Source: Vitrella brassicaformis CCMP3155
Lineage: Eukaryota; Protista; Chromerida
Length of the DNA stretch: 64,000 bases
Reading direction: 5' to 3'
Assembly (NCBI GenBank): GCA_001179505.1
Contig: CDMY01000287.1
Location: forward strand, 69,598 to 133,597
The notes under the pieces are model-generated. The model worked only from the letters and a program-made list of their open reading frames with translations, was not told where the DNA came from and did not search any database. This document shows, in pieces, positions 1-12,100 of this stretch (positions are counted from its first letter, which is position 1; every line of letters starts with the position of its first letter). Both the position numbers and the translations under genes were made by a program.

Positions 1-2527
1 TGACGGTGGCTGACGCCGACAGGCGGTGGACAGGCAAGACCGCACGGCGAGCGGCGTTTGCCAAAGGCTTCCTGGACGTGCCAATCAAGCAGCCACAGAG
101 AGAAGGTCAGGCCAACCGACCACTGGCAGTGTCACACACACATACACACAGATGGATGGATGGATTGATGGGCGAATGCATTCACACCTGTCTGTCACAC
201 TACTGTGTGGCTGTGTGTGTCAGGTGTGATGCCGTCAAAGCAGAGGCAGCAGCTGCCACCGAGGCGCAGGCCGTCAACCACCACCCCCACTCCCACTCAC
301 CGCAAGCCACGACAACAACCAAGACAGACACACCAAGAACGACTCATGGTACACACACACACACACACACTCCAGAACAGACAGACAGACACACACTTCA
401 GACAGACATTCATCTCATCTGTTGGTTCCCTCCCTCATCCTGCCTGGCCTGCAGAGGACATTTTCCCCGTCTGGCCATCTGGAGGCGTTTGCCGCTGCCC
501 CTCCAGGGCTGGAGGAGCTGGCGCGGCGAGAGATCAGCGGCATTGTTGCCGAGGAAGGGGCTGTGGGTGGGGTGGAGGCGTTGGCTGGAGGCGTGGCCTT
601 CAACACTGACCTGCAGGGGTGAGGGAGGGAGGGAGGGAGGGAGGGAGGATACACAGGGTGTGGTGTGTTGGATGCACACGACTGTGTGCGTGTGGGTAGG
701 TTGCTTCGCTGCAATCTGTGGAGCAGGATTGCCACCAGGTGGGAAATGGGAAATGGGAAATGATACCACGATAGGATAGGAGGCTGGGCTGACTGCCTGG
801 GCTGACTAACACCGGTGTGTGCCCCTCTCCCAGGCTATTGGTGCGGGTGGGATCCTTTCGCTGCAATGGCTTCCGCGACCTAGTCGAGGCTGTCGATGCG
901 GTCGACTGGGCGCCCTTCGTCCCTGTGGGAGCCCGAGTGCGTGTGCGGGCTACGCTGTCCGGTTCGGCGCTGTACCACCAGAGGGCGGCCGAGCAGAGAG
1001 TCGGGCAGCGTGTGGCGGAGAAGACTGGTCGGTGTGTGCGTGTCCGTGTCCACTGGTGTGTGTGTTGAAACACACGGGGTGTGTTGTGTTGTGCTGTGCT
1101 GTGCTGTGCTGTGGGTGCAGGGGCGGTGTTTGTGGAGGGTGCGAGTGAAGATGTGGAGGGAGAAGAGAGAGAGGAGCAGCACATTCTGCTTAGAGGCAGG
1201 GTTTCACGCTGAAACCGGAAGGGACTGTGACCTTCTTGTGTGTGTGTGTGTGTTCGTGTTCGTGTTCGTGTGTGCAGTTGAGAACAACTGGGCCACGCTG
1301 AGCATCGACTCATCGGGACCCTCTCTGTCCAAACGGGGATACCGGTGCGCGAGTGGACACCTGACAGCACAGCACCACACATACACGCTCTCCCCCTCTC
1401 TGTCTCTCTCTCTCTCCCCAGCCTCTACAGCGGCAAGGCGCCCATCCGCGAGAACCTCGCGGCGGCATTCCTGACCCTCTCTGGCTGGACATACGAGTGG
1501 GACGGGGAGGGTAGTGAAGCTTCGTCAACGAGTGGCCAGTGCGAGAGGGTGCTGTACGACCCAATGATGGGGTCGGGGACCATCCCTATCGAGGCGGCCA
1601 TGATTGCCATCAACAAAGCTCCCGGTGGGTGGGCCACGCACCAGGAGAGCCGTCATATCTGCCCCTGTTATCTCTCTCCCTCTTTCTCTCTCTCTCCCTC
1701 TGTGTGTGTGTGTATAGGTCTGGATCGTTCCTTTGCGATGGATCGGTGGCCGTGTGTTGAGCCCACCGGGCTGCCAGCATCCCAGCGCGACGAGGCGATG
1801 GGCCGTATGCGGCCTGTGGATGACATCCCGCCCATCTTCGGGTTCGACCGCGATATGGGCGCTGTCGATAACGCTCAGGTGGGCCCTCCTGCACTTCTTG
1901 CACTGACGGATGGAGGCGTATCCACGTGTGTCCGTGTGTGTGTCGGGATGGGTGTCAGGCCAACGCTCGTCGCGCAGGTGTCTACGGGGATGGCGGCAGC
2001 ATGTGTCTGGAGCACGCCGCCCTCAAAACAAGTGCCTATCGGATGGCGGCCGACGAGAGGGTCATGGCGGCGGCAGGGGACCGGCTGATGGTGTGCAATC
2101 CTCCCTACGGCACACGATTCGGTGTGTGAGCGCTTGTGTGTGGTGTGAACAGACAGACACACTGATGGATGGATGTGTGTGTGTGTGTGTGTGTGAAGGT
2201 GCGGCTGACGAGCGCAAGGCCGAGCTTCAGTTCCGCGACCTCTACGATTCCATCGGCAACCTGCTGCAGCCAAACAAACCGCTGCACAGGTGGTCAGTGG
2301 GCCTCGTCTGCAACAGCAATCGGCTGGCGAACCGGCTCCGTGTGCCGCTGCGGACGGCCACGCCGCCCGTCGACTCGGGCGGGGCCAAGGTGCAGCTCTT
2401 TGTGAGCGATAAGACTGCATCTGCAAAGGCAGCAGCAGCAGCTGGAAGGAAGCCGCGAAGACGGCGGCTGACGGTCAAGAGGGAAGGGGCAACAGAGGGA
2501 GGGAGGGAGGGTAGCAGCAGCGGTTGA
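1..2527 (+). CDS. RlmL/YpsC-like THUMP-domain rRNA (guanine-N2) methyltransferase, multi-exon, 5' end probably outside the window
   Basis: Spliced exons give [79 protein letters not shown] and MVCNPPYG, the motif order of the N-terminal (RlmL) half of RlmKL. TGA at 2525-2527. Confidence 0.85.
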
Positions 2528-3221
2528 CTGATCTGATTTGTCACTCACACGAACATGCAGGCAGACAGACAGGCAAGCGCGTCTGCTCGTCAATCCACGG
2601 ACGGCTGAGATGGCATGAGTGTGTGTATGTATATACGCACACACACGAGTCGAAGGGACGACATGCAACGCAGAAGCGAAGCGGACAGGCAGCGCGAGCA
2701 CATGCAGAAGGACTAGGCAGGGAGGGAGGCAGGGAGGTACCCAGTTAGGCGTGTACCTAATTCACGATATCATAGCCACATCGGTGCGTGTGTACGCGAC
2801 ACTACGTACGAAGGAAATCAACGCATCGCATCGCATCGCATGAAACAAGGCGGATGAAGTCAGTCAACGCGCAGCGAATGAATGCGATCATGGATCCCCT
2901 CCCACACACCACACCGCCCCGCCTCATATGCACACACACGCACTTCCACATGGACAGGCAGACAGGTGTGGACAGACAGACAGGCTGTGTGTGAATTAGC
3001 GCTGTACACCCAAACCTACACCGATATATGGGCGTGTGAGTGACTAAACTACCGGCGGCGGAAAAACCCCAGTAAGTACACACACGCATACACACAGACA
3101 TGCTCACATCGTAGTGATACCACACCACACGCCTCACACCACAGACGGCTGGCTGGCTGGCTGGCTGGCTGGCTGCACATCTCTCTCTCCACGCCTGAGC
3201 TCATGTGTGTGTGAGGATCGA

Positions 3222-3383
3222 TCACGGCATCTTCGTCTTCAGGGCCTCAACAACCGCGGCGTACATGTCGGTCTTCTCCCCGTTGTCGTCATACAGCAAC
3301 GGCCTCTCGACGTCCCCACCCAACTTGTCGTCACGCAGCCACGAGTCTGAGTTCCGCACACCCCACACACCTATCGCTGCACA

Positions 3384-3421
<38 letters not shown>

Positions 3422-6400
3422 CATCATGTGTGTGTGTGTGCTGGGGGCAGAGGGGGGGGNNNNNNNNNNNNNNNNNNNNNNNNNNNNNNNNNNNNNNNNN
3501 NNNNNNNNNNNNNNNNNNNNNNNNNNNNNNNNNNNNNNNNNNNNNNNNNNNNNNNNNNNNNNNNNNNNNNNNNNNNNNNNNNNNNNNNNNNNNNNNNNNN
3601 NNNNNNNNNNNNNNNNNNNNNNNNNNNNNNNNNNNNNNNNNNNNNNNNNNNNNNNNNNNNNNNNNNNNNNNNNNNNNNNNNNNNNNNNNNNNNNNNNNNN
3701 NNNNNNNNNNNNNNNNNNNNNNNNNNNNNNNNNNNNNNNNNNNNNNNNNNNNNNNNNNNGTGTGTGTGCTGGGGGCAGAGGGGGGGGGGGGGGCTGGCAG
3801 GGTGGTGAGATGCCTGTGCAGTTCGGCTGGGCCAGGCAGATCCGGACCATCATCTGCCACGCTATCTTCTGCACCCACCCCCATCCACACACACACACAC
3901 TTGGACGGGCGAGTGGGGGGTGGCCGTGTGTGCGACACGTACCAGGTCGTTCTTCCAGGAGCTGTACTCCCCCCGACTGCACTTTTGGAATCCGCTGGCC
4001 GTGAAGCCGCCGCACGAGATGTCGAGCTCCGTTATGTGCACCTCCAGCCCTAGCCTGCCCAGCTGGTCCATCTGCTGCCTCACCCCTGCGCACATCAAGC
4101 CCGCCACTGCGCCAATGTGGGGGAGGGGTGGGTGTGTGTGTGTGTGTGTGTACCGTCCCAGTCGTATTTGTCAATGTTGATGTGGCACTGCAGTCCGACG
4201 CCGTGCAGCACCACGCCCTTGTTGAGCAGCTGCTGGGCGTAGTGGTACATCGCATTGGCCTTCTTGTAGATGCCCTGCACCCACCCCCCCCACCCCACCC
4301 CCACACACACACCCCACACACCGTGTGCGCGTCTTCGTGTTGGTGTGTGTTGGAAGTTACATACACAGCAGGTGTCGATCGAGTTGATGGAGTAGTCGTT
4401 GATGAACAGCCGAATCTTGTCGCCCCTCCCCGCAGCGACAGCCATCTCATGCGTCTTCCTGCCACACACCAGACACACATATGCGCCGCGCCCCCACACA
4501 CATACACACATACACGTCTTTCTCACTTGAAGGCGGCGGCCACCCAGTCGCTCGGTATGTCGCCCCAGTAGCCCGACCGCAGCTTCGGGCTAGTGGGGTC
4601 GTTCTGCACGTCGTTCAGCACTGCACACACACACATGAGCACATGAGCACACCCATACGCATCCACCCCGCCCGGCCACCCACACCCACCGCACCTTCGT
4701 TGACGACGTCGATGCACCAGAAGAAGGCGTCGTTGACGAACTCGTCCATGTTGGCCTCGATGTGCTTGAGCATCATGTCCTGCCGCTGGCTGACGGGCTT
4801 GTTGAGCATCCACCCCGCCATCTGCACAACCACACACACAGACACACACAACCACACACACACTCACACAGAGAGACGATGGCGGCATGATGGCCGTCCG
4901 ACTGTCAAGCGTGCGCACCGATGTGTGCCAGACGAAGGTGTGGTGCCTGAATTTGAGCTGATGGTCGTTGGCGAGGTCCATGATCTCCCGGCAGCCCCCG
5001 CCGCCGCCCTCGCCAAAGTAGGGGAAGTTGCCCTCTGTCGGCTGCACCATGCCCATCTTACCTGCACACACGCACACGCACCAGTGTGTGTGTGTGGGTG
5101 TGTGAGGGAGAGGGAGAGGGGTTACACTCATTCTCCGCCACGATGTAGCTGCCCTCCTCTGTGAGGATCTTCGTGACCTTGGGATTGCCAAACTCCCACG
5201 TCTGCCGACGTACACCACACACATCCACCACACCGAAACACATGGATGGACGGACACACACCCGGGCCCGTGCGGCCGACCTCACCTCTCCAGCGTATCC
5301 AAAGTACATCTTCGCGGCGTTCCCGTAGTCAGGGATGCTCCCTGACACAACACACGCCAGCCAGCCCACCAGACACAACACACAACACCAACGCCCCCCC
5401 CTTCTGTCCATGAGAGTGCCCCGCAAGTCGGTATGCACACACACACACACACACACACATTCGTTTACCAGCGACCACCGGGTCCTTGGCCACAAAGTTC
5501 TGCTTGAAGTCGTGCACACCGTCGCCGTCGTCGGGCGGGGGCGAAACCGTCGAAATGATGGGCGGCTGAACGGGGGGCACCTGACACACACACACACACA
5601 CACTCGTCTCAGGGCCCCACGTGTGCTGCGCATCAATCTCTGTCTGTCTGCCCCTCTGCCAAGCGACCTCTGTAGGTGTCTCAGTGGTGGGCAGGAAGGC
5701 TGTTGTCGACACAATGGGGCCGCTCTCCGTTGGCGTCACTGTCGGCGCGCTCTCTGTCGGGGCCATTGTTGTTGTCGGCATCATCGTCGTGGGCGACCCG
5801 GTTGGAGGCGGCGCTGTCGCAATCTGACCGAGCAATCACCACCAACACGCCCCCAGACACACAGAGAACGCCCCTCTCCCTCGTGTGTGTGTGTTCTGCG
5901 TGGATCAGACTCAGTCACTCACGTCAGATGGGCCGAGTGACGGCACACCCCCGCCACCATCGCCACCCCCAGAGTAGTCCCGCTCCCTCGACATGCACGG
6001 CGCCCATGCCGGTAGCTCACACGTCGGCGTCTCGGGGTTGGCCGCGATTTGGCTGGGGCAGCAGTTCTCGGCGCCGCCGTCGCGGTCCTCACAGCCGTCG
6101 TCTTCACACGAGCCGCACATTCGCATGCAACACGCATTGGTGGCGGCATGGTAGGAGCCGTAGGCCACGTGCTGACGATGGACACACACATGTGGGGGGA
6201 GGGGGGGAGGGGGCTGAAGGGGGAGGGCTTATTACTGACTTTGCAGTATTGCTCTTTGGTCAGCTCGAAGAGGCACGGCAGGGGCGCGTTCGTCTCGCAT
6301 TTTGGCCCGTAGTTCTCAAACTCCATTGGGCTGCACTCACCCGACCAGCCACACACATATGCGTGTGTGTGTGGGTGTGGGTGTGTGTCTGTGTTTGGGT

Positions 6401-7848
6401 GTACCAGCAGATGTCCTTCTGGCTGCCCATGCAAGCGTCATTGCCGCCGCAGTCGTCCCCGCACGACAGAGGGCAGCACGCCTGCTTGTCGGGGTTGAAC
6501 TTGCCCATGAGCTCTTCCTCACACAAAGCTGCCACCACGACGCACCCACACACACACACACACACACATCGACGATGGGCGTGTGTGGGAATGTCTCTGC
6601 CCACGTACCTTGGTTGCTCAGCTGAGCCTTCTGCGGCACATTGCTGCTCACAGCAGCCGCGGTGGTGCCGAGCACCCTCACCGATTCCCCCCTCTCCAAC
6701 TGAGCCACCATGCTGTCATCCACAGTGCAGGGGGCCGCATACGTCATCGAGCAATACCCATCCACACCCCGCTGCTTGATCTCCTTGCTGCAGCACAGGT
6801 CGGGCCGGCCGTCCGCTCGGAGGGCGCACCCCTCCCCGCCGCAGGTGCCGCACTCCCTGGGGCAGCACACCCCCCGTCGTGTGTGGAACACGCCTCCCAG
6901 GAACTCCTCGCACACGCGGCGCCGTGGCCATCGCTTTCTTATCTGAGGGCTGAGCCGGTCGCCCATCAGACAAGGGGGCGTTGTGGTGGAAGCGGCATCA
7001 CACGACAGCAGCGATTCCTTGCCCCCGTCTGTGGCACATGACGTCACGGTGTCGATGTGGTCTCCTTCTGGACCTTCTGGACAGCACACCCCGCTGGCTT
7101 GGTCGTAGGTGCCTCCGAGGAAGCGCCGGCAGAGGGTGCGCTTCTCGTGCAGCGTGGCGGTCGGGGCTTTGATCACGAGGAAGGAGGATGGCGTGACGAC
7201 GCACGGAGGGCCTTGTGTGAGGCTGCACGATTGCTGCACATACAGAAGACACAACACACAGAAATGAGGCTTCTCTGGGGAGGGGTGGGTTTGTGTGTAC
7301 GGGGTCGCTGGCTCTGACGCCAGTAGAGCAGCACTGGGTGATGTCGCCCCTGAGCTGGTCGCACGCCACCCCGCCACATCTCCCGCACTCGTGAGGGCAG
7401 CACAAATCCGTCCCGTCAAAGAGCCCGCCCAACTTGTGCTCACACAACGCCCTGAACACACCACACACACGCCCATATCTCTACCTCTGTATGTGTGTGT
7501 TTCCGCGCCTCACCGTGGGGTCTCAACGAAGGCGTCCTTGGCCGCGTCGTCGACGATGCACGGCAGCGAGTCAGCCTGGCTGCAGTAGGGGCCGTCAGAC
7601 ATCACCCGACCCGCCCCATCACCACGACCATCGCACCCCTGATCTGCCGATGGGCAGCAGATGGTTGACCGGTCGTCGGTGACGCCGCCCAGCCGCGAGC
7701 AGAGCGACTGCCGTGCTGAGGCGGGCAATACGAAGGCCTCCTGGTGTGCCGCCACGTCGGCTCGACGCCAGGGTGTGTAGAAGTCGATGGGGCTGCCGAT
7801 GCTGACCGGCGAGAGAGCGAGGGGTGCCAGCCATGAGACGAGACGCAT
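3222..7848 (-). CDS. Secreted glycoside hydrolase family 10 (endo-beta-1,4-xylanase-like) with N-terminal Cys-rich repeats and a Thr/Pro linker
   Basis: GH10 motifs: FRHHTFVWH, WCIDVVNE (acid/base Glu near 4700), RLFINDYS, GVGLQCH, VHITELDI (nucleophile near 4025), PLLYDDNGEKTDMYAAV. Linker PTTMMPTTTMAPTESAPT at 5650-5820. Likely start MRLVSWLAPLALSPVSIG at 7848. Confidence 0.88.
5990..7700 (-). repeat. Six protein-level Cys-rich repeats of about 60-65 aa (C-x3-4-GG..CCPxxCGxCGGxxC..CC..C..PC)
   Basis: Examples: VCEEFLGGVFHTRRGVCCPRECGTCGGEGCALRADGRPDLCCSKEIKQRGVDGYCSMTYAAPC; LCEHKLGGLFDGTDLCCPHECGRCGGVACDQLRGDITQCC; ACCMRMCGSCEDDGCEDRDGGAENCCPSQIAANPETPTCELPAWAPC. Confidence 0.8.
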
Positions 7849-7971
7849 CTTGTCATCGGGCACGGAGTACACCAAGCAGATGGCGTCACGGTCACTGAGA
7901 CTTGCGCCACTATTTTGCCTGTCCCATTGTTTCTGCCGGGCAGCCTCCCCCCGATGAGTGTGTGTATAAAG

Positions 7972-9134
7972 ATGAGAGCGAGGTGTCTCAGGGTGCTCTG
8001 GACGTCTGCTTCCCTCCTTGCCGCGTCAGCCGCCCTCCTGCGAACAGACGAGGACACGCTGAAGCAACGGACCCACCACCACCACACAGGCACGGGTCGT
8101 GTGCAGGGGCTGAGCCCGCTGGACGAGGCGATCTTGGCTGAGTATGGCGCGTACCTTGAAGACTGGGAGGACGAGTTTCGCAAGGAGAAGAGCCCGATTG
8201 CCGACGAAGAGATTGAGGAGGGAGAGTACCCCCTGAGTGAGCAACCACACACAACACACACAGCACACACCGGTGCTCGACGTTGCTGGTCTGTCTCCCC
8301 GTCCGTGTGTGTGTGTGTGTCTGTGTGGTGTGGTTGACAAGGCTATGACATAGGGGGTGTGACCAAGGGCGGCGCGGTGCTGCCCCTGCTGGGCGAGAGG
8401 GAGGGAGACCTGGACGAAGATCAAGACGACGACGAAGGTGAAGATGCAGATGAAGATGCAGAATCTGAGCTGGACGAGGAGGACCTTATCGAGTCGGAGG
8501 CAGACGACGAGACCGACACAGGCACGGACACCGACACTGTGACGACAGAGGAAGACATGTATGACGACCTGGATACTACTATAGATGGGCAGAGCGACGC
8601 GGTGAACGGCACCTGGGTCGTGGCCGAGGGCATCGAGGATGACCCCTGGGAGGACCCCAACTTCTGGGTCAACAAGACGGAGGAGGAGAAGGAGCAGATT
8701 CTGCTCCAACAGGTACCACCCTATACCACCTCCCCCCTCAGCCACACCAACCCCCCCCCCCTTTCTTATATCAGGCTGACACCGATGAGCTGATGCTCAC
8801 TGACGAGGAGAGAGAGGAGCTTGACGAGGAGATTGCGGCCAACAGGGAGGCGCGCGAGAAGGAGGAGAAAACGGGCAAGACGAAGAAGAAGCGGGGGTCG
8901 ACGTCCGCCAAGCCCAACTTCATCATCATGTTCTCGGACGACCAGAGATGGGACGCTATCGGTGCGCACGTGGCCACACAGACTTATGCGCGTGGGCCAT
9001 GGGATGGATGGATGGATGTGTGTGTGTGTGCAGGTCTGATCCAGCAGCGGCTGTCTGGTGAGGACCGTCTGTACCCCTTCTTCATGAACGAGACCCCCCA
9101 TATGGATCGCATGATCAAGTCAGCACAGCACCTG

Positions 9135-9169
<35 letters not shown>

Positions 9170-12100
9170 CATCCACAGAGGAAGGAGGTTTGTCTGTGTG
9201 TTTCTCTCCCTGCTGCGTAGGGAGGGCGTCTTCTTTGAGAACGCCTTCGTCACGGCGCCGCTGTGCTCGCCCTCCAAAGGAGCCCTCATGAGTGGTCGGT
9301 TCGGCAGCACTACACAAGCACAATCCGCACACACACACACAGACAGCCATGGTATGTGTGTGCATCTCTCTGTGTGTGCAGGCGAGTACGAGCATTTCCA
9401 CGGTAAGTTTGCAGACAGAGAGAGAGAGACAGAGAGAGAGAGAGGGCGGGGGAGAGGTCAGTGTGTGTGGTTGTGTCCCCCACGTGCAGGTGTGTTGTAC
9501 AACACGCTCAACTACGCGGTGCCGGGTGAGGGCGACAACGTCACGCGCAACAACGACAACACAATCGGCGACATCCTCTCACAACACGGCTACAACACCG
9601 CCTATATGGGCAAATGGTACAGATAGACGCACCCACGGGCCATCGGGGCGGCTGTGGATGTGGGTGTGCCATCTGTCGCGCGTGTGGGTGTGGGTGTTTG
9701 TTTGTGTGTGTTTGCAGGCACATGGGCTCACAGCCGGAGCGGCCCGGGTTCAATTTCAGTGCCTCCTTCCTCCACCAGGCAAGTTGGGCGCACGTCGGCC
9801 TCTGTGTCTGTGTGTGGCTGGGCGTCACACCCACACCCACCATGTGTGTGTGGTGTGTGCAGGGCTCGTATTACGACGAGTATCAGTTCTACATCAACGA
9901 GGAGGAGCGGCCTGACGACCAGAGAAAAGGATGGGTCGACGGTAGGCACCTCCCCACCACCACCACCTCCCCTCTGTCTCTCTGTGTGTGTGTTGGTGGT
10001 TTATAGATCTGTCGACGAGCTTTGCATTGCGCTACCTGGAGAAGTACAGACACGAGCCGTTCTTCCTCGTCATCGGTCTCAAGGTGACGGACAAGACGAC
10101 AGGCACCAGGCACACACACGCGCCGCGCCCGACCGTTGTCATCGTGTGCATGTGTGGATGGATGTCAGGCCCCGCACGAGCCGCGCTCGCCTAACGGCAA
10201 GACGCTCGGCATGTACAAGCACACCGAGTTCCCTCCGATGCCTAACGAACACACGACGCCCGAGTGGTGCGGACACACCCACAATCGCATATGCGACCAT
10301 TGTGAGTGGGGGGGTCTGTGTGGGTTAGGTATATTGAGGGCAAGCTGCCTCACCGCGAGAAGGAGATCTACTTCGAGACGCTCAAAACGATCGACGACAA
10401 CATCGGCCGCGTGCTCAACAAGCTCGATGACCTCGGTACCTCCCTCCCCCCCCCCCCCANNNNNNNNNNNNNNNNNNNNNNNNNNNNNNNNNNNNNNNNN
10501 NNNNNNNNNNNNNNNNNNNNNNNNNNNNNNNNNNNNNNNNNNNNNNNNNNNNNNNNNNNNNNNNNNNNNNNNNNNNNNNNNNNNNNNNNNNNNNNNNNNN
10601 NNNNNNNNNNNNNNNNNNNNNNNNNNNNNNNNNNNNNNNNNNNNNNNNNNNNNNNNNNNNNNNNNNNNNNNNNNNNNNNNNNNNNNNNNNNNNNNNNNNN
10701 NNNNNNNNNNNNNNNNNNNNNNNNNNNNNNNNNNNNNNNNNNNNNNNNNNNNNNNNNNNCCCTCCCCCCCCCCCCCAACACACACACCGCACTCCACACA
10801 CACGTCTGTGTGCGTGCAGATTTGGCCGACAACACGGTGGTGATGCATTTCTCCGACAATGGTTACTTTCTGGGCTCCCACGGCCTGAAGGACAAGAGGC
10901 TGCCTTACGAGGAGTCGATCCGTATACCGCTCATCGTCCGATACCCCGACATGATCGAACCAACACGTACGTGACATGCACATTCGACCGACCACACACG
11001 GGCGACGGTGGTGCCTGCCTGTATCGCTCCCTTTGTGTGTGTGTGTGTGTGTGTTGTGTGTGTGTGCTGGCTGTGCAGCTGACACCGGGCGGTTTGAGAA
11101 GGACCTCGTGCTTCATTTCGACATCACTGCAACGGTGCTCGATCTCGCCGGCATCGAACGGCCACCCTACTACCAGGTCCTCCGCCCCTTCCCTCTCCAC
11201 CCACACCACACACACCCGATTGTATGTGGTTCCATCAGGGAAAGAGCCTCCGGCCACTGTTCGAGAAAAGCCCAGAAGACCCCCCATTGCTCGACGACTG
11301 GCGTGACGGCGTGCTGACCAACTACCACAGGGACCCCGTGTGGCACTTCTGGCCGACCTGGTTCTCCTGGCGCACCCAGACGCACAAAATCAACGAGTAC
11401 CCCCGCGACAAGCACTGGACCGAGGTGTTTGACCTGACGAAGGACAAGTATGAGATGAACAACTTGGCCAAGGAGGACAGCGACGAGAGCCGGGAGCTGG
11501 TCGAGCAGATGAGGGCCACACTCAACACCAAGCTCTACGAGGCCGGGTGAGTAGGTGACAGACATTCCACCATACACGCACACCACACCACACACACATC
11601 TCTCTCTCCCTCTGTCTGTCTGTGTGTCTGTCAGTGTGCCACACCGAATGCCGTGGTTCCGTGGCACACCCATCAAGCGCCCCTACCCGTTCGAGGCACG
11701 CAAACACACCCACTCCCCCACCCGCACTCGCCCGCCACACCCCTCTCTTGTCTGCAGGTGTCGCTGTGGGTCTTTGACAACGAGTCCTCTCGCGACCTCC
11801 GCAAGACCAACGACGGACGGCTGCAGGGCGGCGCCGCCATCACCACAGACAGGCGGGGCCCTAACGACGGCCATCTCGTGTTGGAGCAGGGCGGCGGGGG
11901 CTACATGGACGTGTCGCACGAGTCGTTCGGCAAGGCCGTGGTCGACCGCACTGTGTCGCTGTGGTTCAAGGCTGATGACCCGCTCATGAAGGACCCACAG
12001 ACGCTATATGCTGAAGGGTGGGTGATGTCGCACAGAGAGGGGGGGCGATGCGCGGACGCCTGTGTGGTGTGTGGGTGGTCTTAGGGATGAGGAAACAGGT

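Noticed and set aside
7849-7905. Upstream in-frame DAICLVYSV resembling a small-GTPase strand
   Set aside because: No G-box motifs, no ATG or clear splice support, and it lies in the short region between two divergent starts.
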